From positions 1 through 21,276 of the forward strand of contig NW_021823665.1 in NCBI RefSeq assembly GCF_006345805.1: a DNA stretch of 21,276 nt. Direction: 5' to 3'. The notes under the pieces were generated by a model. The model was not told where the DNA came from. It saw only the letters and a list, made by a program, of their open reading frames with translations, and did no database searches. The stretch comes from Octopus sinensis (Eukaryota). The translations under genes and the position numbers were made by a program. Shown in pieces: positions 20,561-21,276 of this stretch (the stretch's first letter is position 1; each line of letters begins with the position of its first letter).

Positions 20561-20990
20561 CTTCTTCTCATTATTATTATTGTTGTTGTTATTGTTCTCC
20601 GTCATTATCCTAATCGTTCTTGATGCATTTTATTGTTTTTGTATTGTATTGTTTTTGTGATCATCATCAATGATAACGATGACGACGACGACGACGACGA
20701 CAATGATGATGATGATGATGATGATGACGATTATGATGGCGATCATCGTCAAGGTAATTATAATTGACATTACCACCGATTGTGTTCGTGCAGTAATGGT
20801 AAAACACAAGCAATTTCCTCTCTTTCTTTCTTTCTTTCTCTCTATCCTTCTTTCTTTCTTTCTTTCTTTCTTCTTTCTTTCTTCTTTCTTTCTTCTTTTC
20901 TTTATCCTTCTTTTTTTCTTTCTTCTTTCTTTCTTTCTTCTTTCTTATCTATCTCTTCTTTATTCTTTCTTTCTTTCTTTCTTTCTTTTC
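20426..20990. repeat. Compound trinucleotide tracts and a (CTTT)n-rich tract (20810-20990)
   Basis: Directly visible. Confidence 0.92.
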
Positions 20991-21276
20991 TTGTTTTTGC
21001 CGTCCCAGAGTCAAAAACGCAATAACAAAGATTCGAATCCTCCCCTCGCTTCTCTAACCATCTCAACAAAGCTCCGGCTCTCACAATCGAGAGTGATACA
21101 CGATATAGATGAGCACAAGTGGGCTGTCTTTACATTCACACCAATTACACGCACAATAGACGTCTATTCAGAGAGCTCAACGACAAGTTGAACACACAGA
21201 TTCTCTTTTCTCACGTCTCAAGGAGTAATTTGTATAGCGAAGAGGGAGGATGTGGTGGTGATCGAGAAAGAATAAG

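Noticed and set aside
21009-21191. Plus-strand acceptor after the (CTTT)n tract followed by about 60 open codons
   Set aside because: The pyrimidine tract is a microsatellite. No convincing donor and no recognisable protein.

Overview
AT-rich, repeat-dense eukaryotic DNA, very likely a coleoid cephalopod (Octopus-like). This is inferred from its tRNA-derived SINE content and microsatellite load. The only convincing coding sequence is one 268-nt internal exon on the minus strand (3352-3619) encoding the C-terminal half of a PR/SET domain that best resembles PRDM14. I found no other PRDM14 exon, so most of the window is probably very long intron (or flanking DNA). The rest is at least five dispersed repeat families (labelled A-D and OR-like here for convenience), a decayed RTE-clade LINE 3' end and many microsatellites, which account for nearly all ORFs in the track. 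The most interesting observations follow. (1) Three hammerhead ribozyme motifs: a full type-I motif at 14847-14913 on the same strand as the PRDM14-like exon, and two minimal dimer-type motifs of the Penelope-associated kind at 2033-2070 and 7530-7575. (2) Two long palindromic foldback elements, one split by a SINE with a TSD. (3) Two short templated duplications 2.1-2.4 kb apart, each bounded by microhomology at both ends. (4) A 52-bp tandem duplication carrying CCAAT and ERE-like sites. All calls come from reading the sequence by eye; no database search, folding or alignment program was run. Repeat boundaries are approximate.
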